NCBI GenBank assembly: GCA_913050325.1
Contig: CAJWZP010000006.1
Coordinates: 25,278 to 89,277, forward strand
From: an uncultured bacterium
GTDB lineage: Bacteria; Desulfobacterota_D; UBA1144
Direction of reading: 5' to 3'
DNA length: 64,000 bases
The translations under genes were made by a program, and so were the position numbers. Shown in pieces: positions 21,962 to 30,943 of this stretch. How positions within the stretch are numbered: the first letter of the stretch is position 1; the number at the start of each line of letters is the position of its first letter. The notes beneath the pieces are model-generated. The model searched no databases, was not told where the DNA came from, and saw only the letters and a list, made by a program, of their open reading frames with translations.

Positions 21962-23064
21962 TTTTGAAGATACCTCTCTAAGAAATTATTTTTATAATCT
22001 GTAAAATTACAATTATTAATTGAAATTTTAATGTTTTCAATAAATTCATGATAAAAATTTAGATTATGTTCAGTCATTAATTGAATTGCACTTATCTCAT
22101 TATTAACATATAAATGTCTAAGATATCCTAAACTATAATTTAAGCATGCTCCACAAGAACAATTAATATCAATTGGATTATTATTATTTGAATATTTCGT
22201 ATTTTTAATATTAATCTTTCCATCAAATGTAAATAAAGTTCCATTTCTAGCATTTCTAGTTGGTACGACACAATCAAATATATCTATCCCATAAGAAATT
22301 GATTCAATAATATCTTCAGGTCTTCCTATTCCCATAGAATATCTTGGCTTATCTTGAGGTAACATGTCATTCAAATATTCAGTTATTTCATAAGTTAACT
22401 GTGGACCTTCACCCAAACCTAATCCACCAATAGCATATCCATCAAAATTTATTTCAACCATTTGTTCCGCGGATAATCTTCTCAATTCTTTATGGATACC
22501 ACCCTGTACGATACCAAAAAGTAAGTTAGAACTTTTTTTAGCATTTTTAGATCTTTTAGCCCATTTTGAAGTTCTATTTATTGAATCAAGAATGATAGAA
22601 TATTCTGAATTTGGTTTTGGACAATCATCAAAAATCATCATTATATCAGAATTTAACTCCTCTTGAATTTGAATTGATATTTCAGGAGTAATTTTATTTA
22701 GCTTTCCATCAATATGAGATTTAATCAGAGCTCCATCATCCTGAATTTTTACTAAAGAATCTAAAGACCATATTTGAAATCCGCCACTGTCCGTCAAAAT
22801 AGCATTTTTCCAATTTGAAAAATTATGTAAATCTTTGAAATTGTTTTTAATAAACCTACTACCAGGTTTTAGAAACAAATGGTATGCGTTACAAACAACC
22901 ATTTTATACCCAATATTATCAAGAGTACTCATTGTAAGACCTTTAGGCGTACCAGAGGTACAGACAGGCATGAATAAAGGAGTTTGCAGCTCAATTCTAG
23001 GTAGCTTAAGTAACCCTGAACGAGCATGAGAAAGTTTATCATTGTTCAATACTGTAAAAGACAT
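21958..23064 (-). CDS. tgt: tRNA-guanine(34) transglycosylase
   Basis: TPLFMP, TDSGGFQ, GIVQGG, FDCVVPTRNAR and the CxCxxC...H zinc site. Confidence 0.97.
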   Translation of the reverse strand: MSFTVLNNDKLSHARSGLLKLPRIELQTPLFMPVCTSGTPKGLTMSTLDNIGYKMVVCNAYHLFLKPGSRFIKNNFKDLHNFSNWKNAILTDSGGFQIWSLDSLVKIQDDGALIKSHIDGKLNKITPEISIQIQEELNSDIMMIFDDCPKPNSEYSIILDSINRTSKWAKRSKNAKKSSNLLFGIVQGGIHKELRRLSAEQMVEINFDGYAIGGLGLGEGPQLTYEITEYLNDMLPQDKPRYSMGIGRPEDIIESISYGIDIFDCVVPTRNARNGTLFTFDGKINIKNTKYSNNNNPIDINCSCGACLNYSLGYLRHLYVNNEISAIQLMTEHNLNFYHEFIENIKISINNCNFTDYKNNFLERYLQK

Positions 23065-23066
23065 TT

Positions 23067-23846
23067 TTATAAAAGATCGGTCACGTTAAAAAAACCAGTT
23101 TTTTTCTTTAATAATTTCAAACCTAATTCTATTGCACCTTGAGCAAAAACAGATCTGTCATGGGCTTGATGAGTTATAGAAAGAGATTCTTTTTCAGAAT
23201 ATGAAAATAAAGTATGTTCTCCTATAACATTTCCACCTCTTATAGAACTAATTCCTACCTCATCTTTTTTTCTTTTCATATTATTAGATAAGTTTCTAAA
23301 TTTTATAAAGGATTTTAAATTCTTCTTTTTTAAACTTGCAAGATTCTCTGCAATTAAAAGAGCAGTACCACTAGGTGAATCGATTTTCTGAGAATGATGT
23401 TTTTCTAAAATCTCTAAATCTGTATTTTTAAAATACTTAAAATTATCTCTCATAATTTTAATTAACATATTAATTCCAATACTCATATTATAAGATTGTA
23501 AAATTGGAATTTTTTTACTTAATTTTTTTAATTCATTTAAATTTTTATTATTAAAACCTGTAGTTCCTATTACTATAGGAATTTTTAATTTTGCAGCAGC
23601 TCTAGTAATAGCCAATGAAGATTTAGGAGATGAAAAATCAATAATAAAATCAACTTCAAAGTTATTTTGAAATTTAGTAACCTGCAAATTTTTATATAAT
23701 TCTGTTCCTATTAGTGGATGGTCGTCCCTTTCAATTGCATATTTTAAAATAATATTAGGAAAATTATTCATAAGCTCGTTAATAATTGAATAGCCCATTC
23801 TCCCTAAACAGCCATTTATTAAGACACTCTTTTTGTTTTTACTCAT
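23067..23846 (-). CDS. dapB: 4-hydroxy-tetrahydrodipicolinate reductase
   Basis: GCLGRMG, IDFS, GTTG, EKHHSQKIDSPSGTA, FAQGA. Confidence 0.96.
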   Translation of the reverse strand: MSKNKKSVLINGCLGRMGYSIINELMNNFPNIILKYAIERDDHPLIGTELYKNLQVTKFQNNFEVDFIIDFSSPKSSLAITRAAAKLKIPIVIGTTGFNNKNLNELKKLSKKIPILQSYNMSIGINMLIKIMRDNFKYFKNTDLEILEKHHSQKIDSPSGTALLIAENLASLKKKNLKSFIKFRNLSNNMKRKKDEVGISSIRGGNVIGEHTLFSYSEKESLSITHQAHDRSVFAQGAIELGLKLLKKKTGFFNVTDLL

Positions 23847-23894
23847 AAATAAAGGATAATACTCGTAATAAATATTATTTCAAAGGTAACAAAA

Positions 23895-24746
23895 ATGCAC
23901 AAAAGTATGACAGGATTTTCAAGTAAATATATTAAATATAAAAATGCAATTTTATCAGCACAAATCAAGTCGGAAAATAGTAAAAATTTAGAAATTTTAA
24001 TCATTAATGAATACAATGATTTTTCTTTAGATAACATGATAAAAAAAGAAATTGAAAAAAAATTTAATAGAGGAAAAATTAAAATAGCTTTCAATTTTGA
24101 TTTTATTGATGAATCTAAAGAATTATTTGAATTTAAAAAATATATTAATGATTATAAAAATTTCTTATCACAGAAAAATATAAACCTAACAATCTCTCTC
24201 TCTGAACTTGAAAACTTATCAAAAAAACAAAAAAGAAATTCTCTGAAAAAACCATTTATTATAAAAAAAGTAATAAAATTAATGAAAGATTGTTCTATAG
24301 AGTTGGAAAACAAACAAATGGCAGAAGGAAAAATAATAATTTCTGCGGTTAATAAAAAAATAAATAAAATTGAAAGTCTAAAAAATTTGTTTCATAAAAA
24401 ATATGATTTATATTCTAAAAAGCTAGAAAGAAAATATTTAAAGGAGTTAAATAATCATATTGATAGTGGAACTATTAACAAAAAAGAAATAAGTGTTTTT
24501 ATTGAAAAAATTGATATAGAAGAAGAAATTATTAGACTCGATTCTCATATTAAAATGATTAAAAAGATAATTTCCAAAAAATCTTCAAAAAACATTGGTC
24601 AAGTTTTAGACTTTTATATGCAAGAAATAAACAGAGAGGCAAATACTTTATCATCAAAAAGTAAAGATCCTACAATATCTAATAAAACTATTGAAATTAA
24701 AACATTGGTTAATCAAATCAGAGAATTATCTGCGAATTTGAGTTAG
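23895..24746 (+). CDS. yicC: YicC/YloC family endoribonuclease (divergent)
   Basis: SMTGF start; DIEEEIIRLDSH and LDF..QEINREANTLSSK. Confidence 0.85.
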   Translation: MHKSMTGFSSKYIKYKNAILSAQIKSENSKNLEILIINEYNDFSLDNMIKKEIEKKFNRGKIKIAFNFDFIDESKELFEFKKYINDYKNFLSQKNINLTISLSELENLSKKQKRNSLKKPFIIKKVIKLMKDCSIELENKQMAEGKIIISAVNKKINKIESLKNLFHKKYDLYSKKLERKYLKELNNHIDSGTINKKEISVFIEKIDIEEEIIRLDSHIKMIKKIISKKSSKNIGQVLDFYMQEINREANTLSSKSKDPTISNKTIEIKTLVNQIRELSANLS

Positions 24747-25466
24747 CTTTTCAACTTTAAAATAAAAAATTCCTCTGTCTACTTTATTATCATTCAATTT
24801 ATACTTAATCAATTCATTAAAAATACTAAAATGTTGAATATTGAATATCTTTTTTAAAAATAATTCGCTAGGACATTCAAAACTAGGCCCAACAAGATAC
24901 ACAAAATCAATAAAATCTAAATTATTCAGTAATACAAATTTTTTTATATTTTTTAAAATATTTTTAATATCTTCTATGGCTCTACCGACTAATAGAATTT
25001 TTTCATTATTATTCAATTTTAATTCTTCTATTCTTGATTTACTCAAAACTAATTTTGATTCAAATTTTATTGAAATATGGGTTAACAAATTCTTAATAAA
25101 ATTAATTTTTTTATTATTTGAATCATTTATTAAATATTCTGTTTTAGATATTTCTTTTTTATGATTTGAATAAATTAGCCAGGGTAATAGAGGAAATCCT
25201 GCACCAGAGCCATAGTCAATGATTAAATCATAATCTTTAAGTAAATTAATTCTTTTTTTATTTTCAAAGTAGTTCAGAGCAAAAATTGAATCAATAAAAT
25301 GTTTATTAATTAAATCTGTTTGAGAGACTATAGAAGTCAGATTATATTTTTTATTTTCTGACATTAAAAAATTTTGATATTCATTAATATTTTTTATTAA
25401 ATCACAATTAATCTCAAGATTATTAAGCCTTAGAGCAGATTTAAATTCATTATTAAAATTATTCAT
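24726..25466 (-). CDS. rsmG: 16S rRNA m7G527 methyltransferase RsmG (divergent)
   Basis: NKKYNLTSI, KHFIDS, DYGSGAGFP, KKINF, RIEE, GRA. Confidence 0.82.
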   Translation of the reverse strand: MNNFNNEFKSALRLNNLEINCDLIKNINEYQNFLMSENKKYNLTSIVSQTDLINKHFIDSIFALNYFENKKRINLLKDYDLIIDYGSGAGFPLLPWLIYSNHKKEISKTEYLINDSNNKKINFIKNLLTHISIKFESKLVLSKSRIEELKLNNNEKILLVGRAIEDIKNILKNIKKFVLLNNLDFIDFVYLVGPSFECPSELFLKKIFNIQHFSIFNELIKYKLNDNKVDRGIFYFKVEKLTQIRR

Positions 25467-25467
25467 T

Positions 25468-26601
25468 TTATTTTTCCTTCAAATATAATAAGAATGTTCC
25501 TAAAAGAATAAAAATTGAAGCTATTTTAAATCCAATATTAAAATCATATATATGAATAATATATCCAAAAACGAATGTCATTAAATGCACACCTAGACCA
25601 AAAGTTGCATTTAATGCTCCAAATAAACGTCCAGAATTACTTTGAGACTTGGGACCAACCAATAAATTTGATACAAAAGGATAAATTAAAGCATATGTGG
25701 ATGAAAAGATTATTGAAAAAATAATTATAAATAAAATACTGTCAATTAAAGACATAAAGAATATAGAAGTTGAGAAAAGAGCCAACATTAATAAAACCTT
25801 CTTAAAAAGATTTTTTTCGCTAAACAAGTCAGACAGAAAAAGCCTAAAAATAGTTACAGTAACGCTATATATTACAAAAAAAATACCTGCTTTTAGATCT
25901 TTAGATTTTAAAAAAATAGCAATAAAATTCATTATTACTCCAAATCCAGTTGAAGATAAAAAATTAGTTATCAAAAGTTTCTTTGAATTAGAATCATTTA
26001 CAAGTTTGAAGAAGTCATTAAAGTTTATATTTTCTCTGGTCATATTAAGCTTTTCGCCATCATCCACTTGATATAAAATTATTAAAGCTAAAATCGAAAA
26101 TATTGCAGAGAAAATGAAAAAATATAAATAACCAAAATTTATAATTATATATTCCCCAAAATATGGGCCAATAAAATAAGGAAAAATTGTTGAGGAGTAA
26201 TAAATTGAGAGACCCCTTTTTCGCTGGCTTTCTTCAAGATTGTCTGATGCAAGAGCTGATGAAGAATTAAAAAATATTGAAAAAGATGCACCTTGAAAAA
26301 TTCTTAAAATCATAAACACATAAAAAGATTCAGAGAATGCAAATAATAAAGATGTAGAAATCATTACGAACAATGCTATTATTCCTAGTAATTTCTTTCC
26401 ATATTTATCTATTAAAGTTGATGTTATTGGGGTTAAAAATATAGATGATATGCCAAAAGAACCCATCAAAATACCAATTTCATATTTTTGAAAATCTAAA
26501 TTATCAAGAAACAAGGGTAGGAGAAAAAAAGATGAGAAATTTATAAAGAAAAGACAATTGGCTAAAGTTGATAATAAAAATTTTCTATTTAGATTAAACA
26601 T
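25468..26601 (-). CDS. MFS transporter
   Basis: About 12 hydrophobic segments; LIDKYGKK and LRIFQG. Confidence 0.88.
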   Translation of the reverse strand: MFNLNRKFLLSTLANCLFFINFSSFFLLPLFLDNLDFQKYEIGILMGSFGISSIFLTPITSTLIDKYGKKLLGIIALFVMISTSLLFAFSESFYVFMILRIFQGASFSIFFNSSSALASDNLEESQRKRGLSIYYSSTIFPYFIGPYFGEYIIINFGYLYFFIFSAIFSILALIILYQVDDGEKLNMTRENINFNDFFKLVNDSNSKKLLITNFLSSTGFGVIMNFIAIFLKSKDLKAGIFFVIYSVTVTIFRLFLSDLFSEKNLFKKVLLMLALFSTSIFFMSLIDSILFIIIFSIIFSSTYALIYPFVSNLLVGPKSQSNSGRLFGALNATFGLGVHLMTFVFGYIIHIYDFNIGFKIASIFILLGTFLLYLKEK

Positions 26602-26631
26602 ATAAAGTATTTATAAAGTGTAAACTAACTT

Positions 26632-26659
26632 TTGACAAAAAGGGTCATCATGATATATT
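26632..26659 (+). promoter_or_regulatory. Sigma70 promoter for tRNA-Lys/tRNA-Glu/csp
   Basis: TTGACA (26632-37), 16-nt spacer, extended -10 TG-n-TATATT (26651-59). Confidence 0.7.
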
Positions 26660-26676
26660 CAACCCATTAAAAGTTA

Positions 26677-26749
26677 GGGCCGTTAGCTCAGTTGGTAGAG
26701 CAACTCCCTTTTAAGGAGTGGGTCGCAGGTTCGAATCCTGCACGGCTCA
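26677..26749 (+). tRNA. tRNA-Lys(TTT)
   Basis: Cloverleaf: acceptor GGGCCGT/ACGGCTC, anticodon arm ACTCC-CTTTTAA-GGAGT, TTCGAAT loop; no encoded CCA. Confidence 0.97.
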
Positions 26750-26756
26750 TACTAGA

Positions 26757-26831
26757 GTCCCCATCGTCTAGTCTGGCCTAGGACGCCGGGTTTTCATCCC
26801 GGTAACAGGGGTTCGAATCCCCTTGGGGACG
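26757..26831 (+). tRNA. tRNA-Glu(TTC)
   Basis: Acceptor GTCCCCA/TGGGGAC, anticodon arm CCGGG-TTTTCAT-CCCGG, TTCGAAT loop; no encoded CCA. Confidence 0.97.
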
Positions 26832-26849
26832 ATTTTAAAGGAGGGCAAT

Positions 26850-27053
26850 ATGCCAAACGGGAAAATAAAATGGTTCAATGCTAAGAAAGGTTATGGTTTC
26901 ATTGAACCGGAAGATGGTAGCAAAGATGTCTTTGTTCACATCACAGCTCTTGAAGCAGCTGGAATTGATAACCTGAATGAGGGTGATTCAGTTTCATTTG
27001 AAGTTGTTAGCGAAAGAGGAAAAGAAAAAGCAAGTGATTTAAAAACTTTATAG
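26850..27053 (+). CDS. Cold-shock protein (CspA family)
   Basis: KWFN..KGYGFI (RNP1) and DVFVH (RNP2). AAGGAGG RBS supports ATG 26850; the track's 26823 start lies inside tRNA-Glu. Confidence 0.96.
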   Translation: MPNGKIKWFNAKKGYGFIEPEDGSKDVFVHITALEAAGIDNLNEGDSVSFEVVSERGKEKASDLKTL

Positions 27054-27082
27054 AATAAGTAATTTTCACAGTATTTTCATTT

Positions 27083-27114
27083 ATAAGAGGTCTTTTCGAG
27101 ACCTCTTATTTTTT
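27083..27114 (+). terminator. Intrinsic terminator after csp
   Basis: Perfect 11-bp stem ATAAGAGGTCT/AGACCTCTTAT, TTTCG loop, then a T run. Confidence 0.88.
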
Positions 27115-27149
27115 CTTGACTATTTTTATTTAATTACTACCTTTTAAAT

Positions 27150-27281
27150 ATGGCTAGAAAAGACAACACCAATTTAAAGAATCACAAGGTTATTTCTAAA
27201 TATATTTATTCCAAAAAACTTGATAAAGCTTTTAAATATTTGGAGAAAATATCATATAATGATAAAAAGCTAAAGAACTAA
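27150..27281 (+). CDS. Putative 43-aa basic protein (MARKDNTNLKNHKVISKYIYSKKLDKAFKYLEKISYNDKKLKN)
   Basis: Hand translation; TTGACT-16nt-TACCTT upstream, 6 nt before the ATG; stop overlaps the convergent MerR stop. Confidence 0.45.
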   Translation: MARKDNTNLKNHKVISKYIYSKKLDKAFKYLEKISYNDKKLKN

Positions 27282-28222
27282 ATTTTTCTTAAAACATCCG
27301 TTCTAATATCTTCTAAAGCGTTAGGCAAGCTGAATAAATCATATATTTGATGAGAACCTATCTTTGAGCATGTTTTAGAATAAATGCTAGAACGTTTACC
27401 GTTTATTATTATTTCAAATTCACCGCCCAAACCATTTCTAATTCGTTCCAACTCTAAAGGAACCGTTGGATCATTTAGAGGAAATAAAATACTCATTATA
27501 ACAGCGCTACAACTTGAATTTTTAGCTGCTTCGCAAATATCACGAGATGACAAATCTGTTCCTAGATAGACAGGGTTCCAACCAGTTGAAACTGCTAAAC
27601 AAGCATTAACCAAGCAACCTAACTCAGCCTTTTGACCTTTTGGTGTTGCTACTAATACAAATGGATTATTAGGATTATAATTTTTAAATGATGATCTATA
27701 ATTTTCTAAGTAATTTCTAATTACAGCATTTGCAAACCTTTCTTGTGACTTAGATATTTTATTATTTTTCCAAAGCCTACCGACATGTTTAATAAAGGGA
27801 ACCATAAATTTATGAATTACATATATTGCACCTAAATCTAAAGCTACATCATAAATAGCTTTTTCCATTTTACGCAAATTGTATTCATTAAGAGCTTCAA
27901 CACAACTATCAAAATAAGGTCTTGCAGAATTTGTTAATTGTTCTAATTCAGGATAAACAACGGAACTTTTAGTTGATTCCAATTCATTAACTAGGCTTCT
28001 TAAATCTTCAACTTTATAATTACCAATTTCTTGCAATGTAAATCCTATTCTCTTTGCTTCAAGCATTAACTGCAATATTTCTAAATCTTTATCAGTAAAC
28101 CTTCTACTTCCTCTTTCGGATCGAGATATTTTTAGGATTGGGTATCTTTCTTCCCACTTTCTTATTTGGTCTGATGTCAAACCAGTAATCTTACTTACAA
28201 TTCTAATTGGATACTCTTTCAT
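27278..28222 (-). CDS. MerR-family regulator with CarH/LitR-like B12-binding fold (ligand His residues absent)
   Basis: N-terminal MerR HTH (YPIRIVSKITG...IRKWEERY...GSRRF), helix bundle with VGRLW...QER, Rossmann domain ATPKGQKAELG...YLG; AAGGAAAGG RBS. Confidence 0.9.
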   Translation of the reverse strand: MKEYPIRIVSKITGLTSDQIRKWEERYPILKISRSERGSRRFTDKDLEILQLMLEAKRIGFTLQEIGNYKVEDLRSLVNELESTKSSVVYPELEQLTNSARPYFDSCVEALNEYNLRKMEKAIYDVALDLGAIYVIHKFMVPFIKHVGRLWKNNKISKSQERFANAVIRNYLENYRSSFKNYNPNNPFVLVATPKGQKAELGCLVNACLAVSTGWNPVYLGTDLSSRDICEAAKNSSCSAVIMSILFPLNDPTVPLELERIRNGLGGEFEIIINGKRSSIYSKTCSKIGSHQIYDLFSLPNALEDIRTDVLRKI

Positions 28223-28252
28223 ACAACCTTTCCTTATGTGTTTATACTATAA

Positions 28253-28348
28253 TGTCATATAAATGTCCAATGTCAATAGTAATTTGTCCAGAAAAAATAA
28301 AATTATTTTAAAAAAAAGCTGGACAAGATTATTGACATAAGTTATCTT
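28253..28348. promoter_or_regulatory. Divergent promoters and candidate operator with T(T/G)GACA repeats
   Basis: TGTC at 28253, 28264, 28271 and 28285; TGGACA at 28320 and TTGACA at 28332; imperfect inverted repeat 28270-28291/28319-28338; TGGACA-17nt-TATCTT on the + strand. Confidence 0.6.
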
Positions 28349-28368
28349 TAAAATGTGAGGTGATAAAT

Positions 28369-29361
28369 ATGAAAAATTTAAACTCCAATAGTAAAAAAAA
28401 TAACTTCTTAAATGCTAAGAATAATTATGTTTACAACGAATCTTCAGGTCAAGAATATGAGACTGTAAAAGATTACTTTTCAAGGGCACTGGTCACACCT
28501 TTACTTACTGCTGTTGAAGAAAAAGAACTAGCATCAAAGATAAAAAATTGCAAAGATAAAATTATTTCTCTGCAGAAACAGCTTAAGAAAAATGAAAATA
28601 ATAATAAATTGAACTCTTTTATAAAAGTTTTTGAACAAAAAAAATCTCAACTTATTCAAGCTTTCACAAAGGCAAATCTAAGATTGGTCGTTAGTATTGC
28701 CAAAAAGTATAATGGTAGAGGACTACCCTTACTAGATTTAATACAAGATGGTAATGTAGGTTTGATAAGAGCTGTTGAAAAATTTGATCATACTAAAGGA
28801 TTTAAGTTCTCTACATATGCTGCCTGGTGGATACATCAATCTATTACTAGAAGCATCATGGATCAATCAAGGACAATCAAAGTGCCAGTATACATTCTTG
28901 AAAAATCAGCAAAAGTATTCAAAGCTTTTAAGGAACTCGAAGACAAATTAAACAGAAAACCAGAATTTTTTGAAATTGCTGAAGAAGTAGGTTTACCAGA
29001 AGAAGCTGTAAAACAAATCTTAGAATCCGGTACTGATACCTTTTCACTTGATTCGCCAATCTCAAATGAAGAAAATGCAACTTTTGTTGATTTTCTTGAG
29101 GATGAAAACGATCGCCCTGATGATTTGAGTGGTAAAATAGCTTTATCTCAATCTATATCTACAGCACTTACCCAGCTTGACCAACGTGAAAAAGAGATAA
29201 TAGAAATGCGTTTTGGTTTTAATGGCTCTAATACATATACTCTTGATCAAATTGGGAATAAATATAATTTAACTAGAGAGAGAATTAGGCAAATTGAAAA
29301 AAATGCACTAAAAAAAATTCAAAGACTTGAAGGAGATAAGCTAAAAAGCTTTATGAACTAG
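28369..29361 (+). CDS. RNA polymerase sigma70 factor, group 2-like (no region 1.1)
   Basis: [42 protein letters not shown]; GAGGTG RBS before ATG 28369. Confidence 0.94.
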   Translation: MKNLNSNSKKNNFLNAKNNYVYNESSGQEYETVKDYFSRALVTPLLTAVEEKELASKIKNCKDKIISLQKQLKKNENNNKLNSFIKVFEQKKSQLIQAFTKANLRLVVSIAKKYNGRGLPLLDLIQDGNVGLIRAVEKFDHTKGFKFSTYAAWWIHQSITRSIMDQSRTIKVPVYILEKSAKVFKAFKELEDKLNRKPEFFEIAEEVGLPEEAVKQILESGTDTFSLDSPISNEENATFVDFLEDENDRPDDLSGKIALSQSISTALTQLDQREKEIIEMRFGFNGSNTYTLDQIGNKYNLTRERIRQIEKNALKKIQRLEGDKLKSFMN

Positions 29362-29369
29362 GTGAGACT

Positions 29370-29519
29370 ATGACAATTTTATATAATTCAAATTTTAAAA
29401 AACTTAATAACTTATTAAAGAAGAAAAAACCTGTGAAACGTAAGTTTAGCAAGAAAATTGCCTCCGAATCTGTTAATAATACTATTAATACGTCAACAAG
29501 AATGTTACTGATGTATTAA
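29370..29519 (+). CDS. Putative 49-aa Lys-rich protein (MTILYNSNFKKLNNLLKKKKPVKRKFSKKIASESVNNTINTSTRMLLMY)
   Basis: Hand translation; AGGTGA RBS overlaps the sigma stop; fills the gap to the next gene. Confidence 0.55.
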   Translation: MTILYNSNFKKLNNLLKKKKPVKRKFSKKIASESVNNTINTSTRMLLMY

Positions 29520-29526
29520 TAGTATT

Positions 29527-30942
29527 ATGGGCAGTTTTTCATTTTCTAGCATTATAGATTCTTCTCTTTCAGAGACTTTTAATTGGCATGAGAAATTATT
29601 CTGTTTAGAAAGGCTCACTCCACCCTGGGAAAATATTGAAATTGTAGACAGAAACTATATAGATACTAATAACTTAATTAATGGTGGATCTCTATCATTA
29701 ATTCATAATGTTTTTCCATTTATCAAATTAAAGTGGAAAATAAAACATTCAAATTATATTAAAGATGAGATTTTTAGAGATTACATGGTTAAAGGCCCAT
29801 TAAAAAAGTGGACTCATGATCATATATTCCAAAATGACAATAATCAAACAAAAGTAATAGATAAAATATCTTTCAATACTCATATATTTGAAGATATATT
29901 AGATAAATGGATTGAAAAACAATTGGAAAGTACTTTTGAATATAGGCATAAAATTTTAAAACATGATTTATGTTCTATAAATCTTAAAAATCAAAATAAG
30001 GAATTTTATATTCTCATAACAGGTGGAAATGGATTGATTGGAAAGCACTTAATTCCTATGTTAAATTCGTTTGGATATAAAATAATACAACTCAAATATA
30101 ATAAAAAAATAAAAAATTACAAATCAATCAATATAGAATTTAATGATTTTATCAAAATTGAATGGAACCCTTATTTAAATGAGGATTTAGAATTACCAAA
30201 AGAAATATCCGATAAGATAAAATACGTAATAAATCTTTCTGGTGAAAATATTTTAGGCATTCCAACCAAAAAAAAGAAAGAGTTAATTATGGAAAGTAGA
30301 AAAATATCTACAAATCGATTATTAAAAATTATAAAGAAAAATAAAATAAATTTACAATGTTGTATACATGCATCAGCTACTGGTTTTTATGGAAATGATT
30401 TAAATAATGAAATTATTGAGTCTTCAACAAAAGGAGATGGCTTCCTATCAGATACAACAAAAATTTGGGAAGACTTTCAAAATAAATTTAATTCTATTAG
30501 CAATAGAGTTGTAAATCTCAGAATTGGGGCTGTTTTATCTAGAAAAGGTGGTTTTTTAAAATCTATGACTATGCCCTATAAAATGAGCTTGGGAATAAAA
30601 ATAAAATCTGATAATTTTATCAGTCATATATCAATTGAAGATTTGTGTAGGTCAATTTGCTATATTTTAAAAGAAGAAAATTTAAATGGACCTATAAATG
30701 CAGTTTGTCCTCAACCGGAAAAATTATCTAATATTTTCAATATATTGAGAAGAAAATATACATCAAATATAAATATTAATATTAACAAGAGGTTTATAGA
30801 GAAAATTAGCCCAGAACTTAATAACGAACTATTATTTTCAAATCAGTATATAATTCCAAAGAAACTATTGGATAACGGTTTCCAATTTTTAAATAATAAT
30901 TTTAATGACTCAATAAATAGCATGTATCCTAAAGGTGGTTAG
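29527..30942 (+). CDS. SRPBCC domain fused to TIGR01777 (YfcH-like) NAD(P)-dependent oxidoreductase
   Basis: N-terminal FNWH...RLTPPW...GPLKKWTHDH; then ITGGNGLIG, NLSGE, ASATGFYG, RIGAVL, GPINAV. Confidence 0.88.
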   Translation: MGSFSFSSIIDSSLSETFNWHEKLFCLERLTPPWENIEIVDRNYIDTNNLINGGSLSLIHNVFPFIKLKWKIKHSNYIKDEIFRDYMVKGPLKKWTHDHIFQNDNNQTKVIDKISFNTHIFEDILDKWIEKQLESTFEYRHKILKHDLCSINLKNQNKEFYILITGGNGLIGKHLIPMLNSFGYKIIQLKYNKKIKNYKSINIEFNDFIKIEWNPYLNEDLELPKEISDKIKYVINLSGENILGIPTKKKKELIMESRKISTNRLLKIIKKNKINLQCCIHASATGFYGNDLNNEIIESSTKGDGFLSDTTKIWEDFQNKFNSISNRVVNLRIGAVLSRKGGFLKSMTMPYKMSLGIKIKSDNFISHISIEDLCRSICYILKEENLNGPINAVCPQPEKLSNIFNILRRKYTSNINININKRFIEKISPELNNELLFSNQYIIPKKLLDNGFQFLNNNFNDSINSMYPKGG

Positions 30943-30943
30943 C

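Noticed and set aside
23895-25466. yicC and rsmG as pseudogenes
   Set aside because: Both are divergent and K/N/I-rich but uninterrupted, near full length, and keep their core motifs; AT-driven drift is sufficient explanation.
26823-26849. N-terminal extension of the cold-shock ORF
   Set aside because: The TTG lies inside tRNA-Glu and a strong RBS supports ATG 26850.
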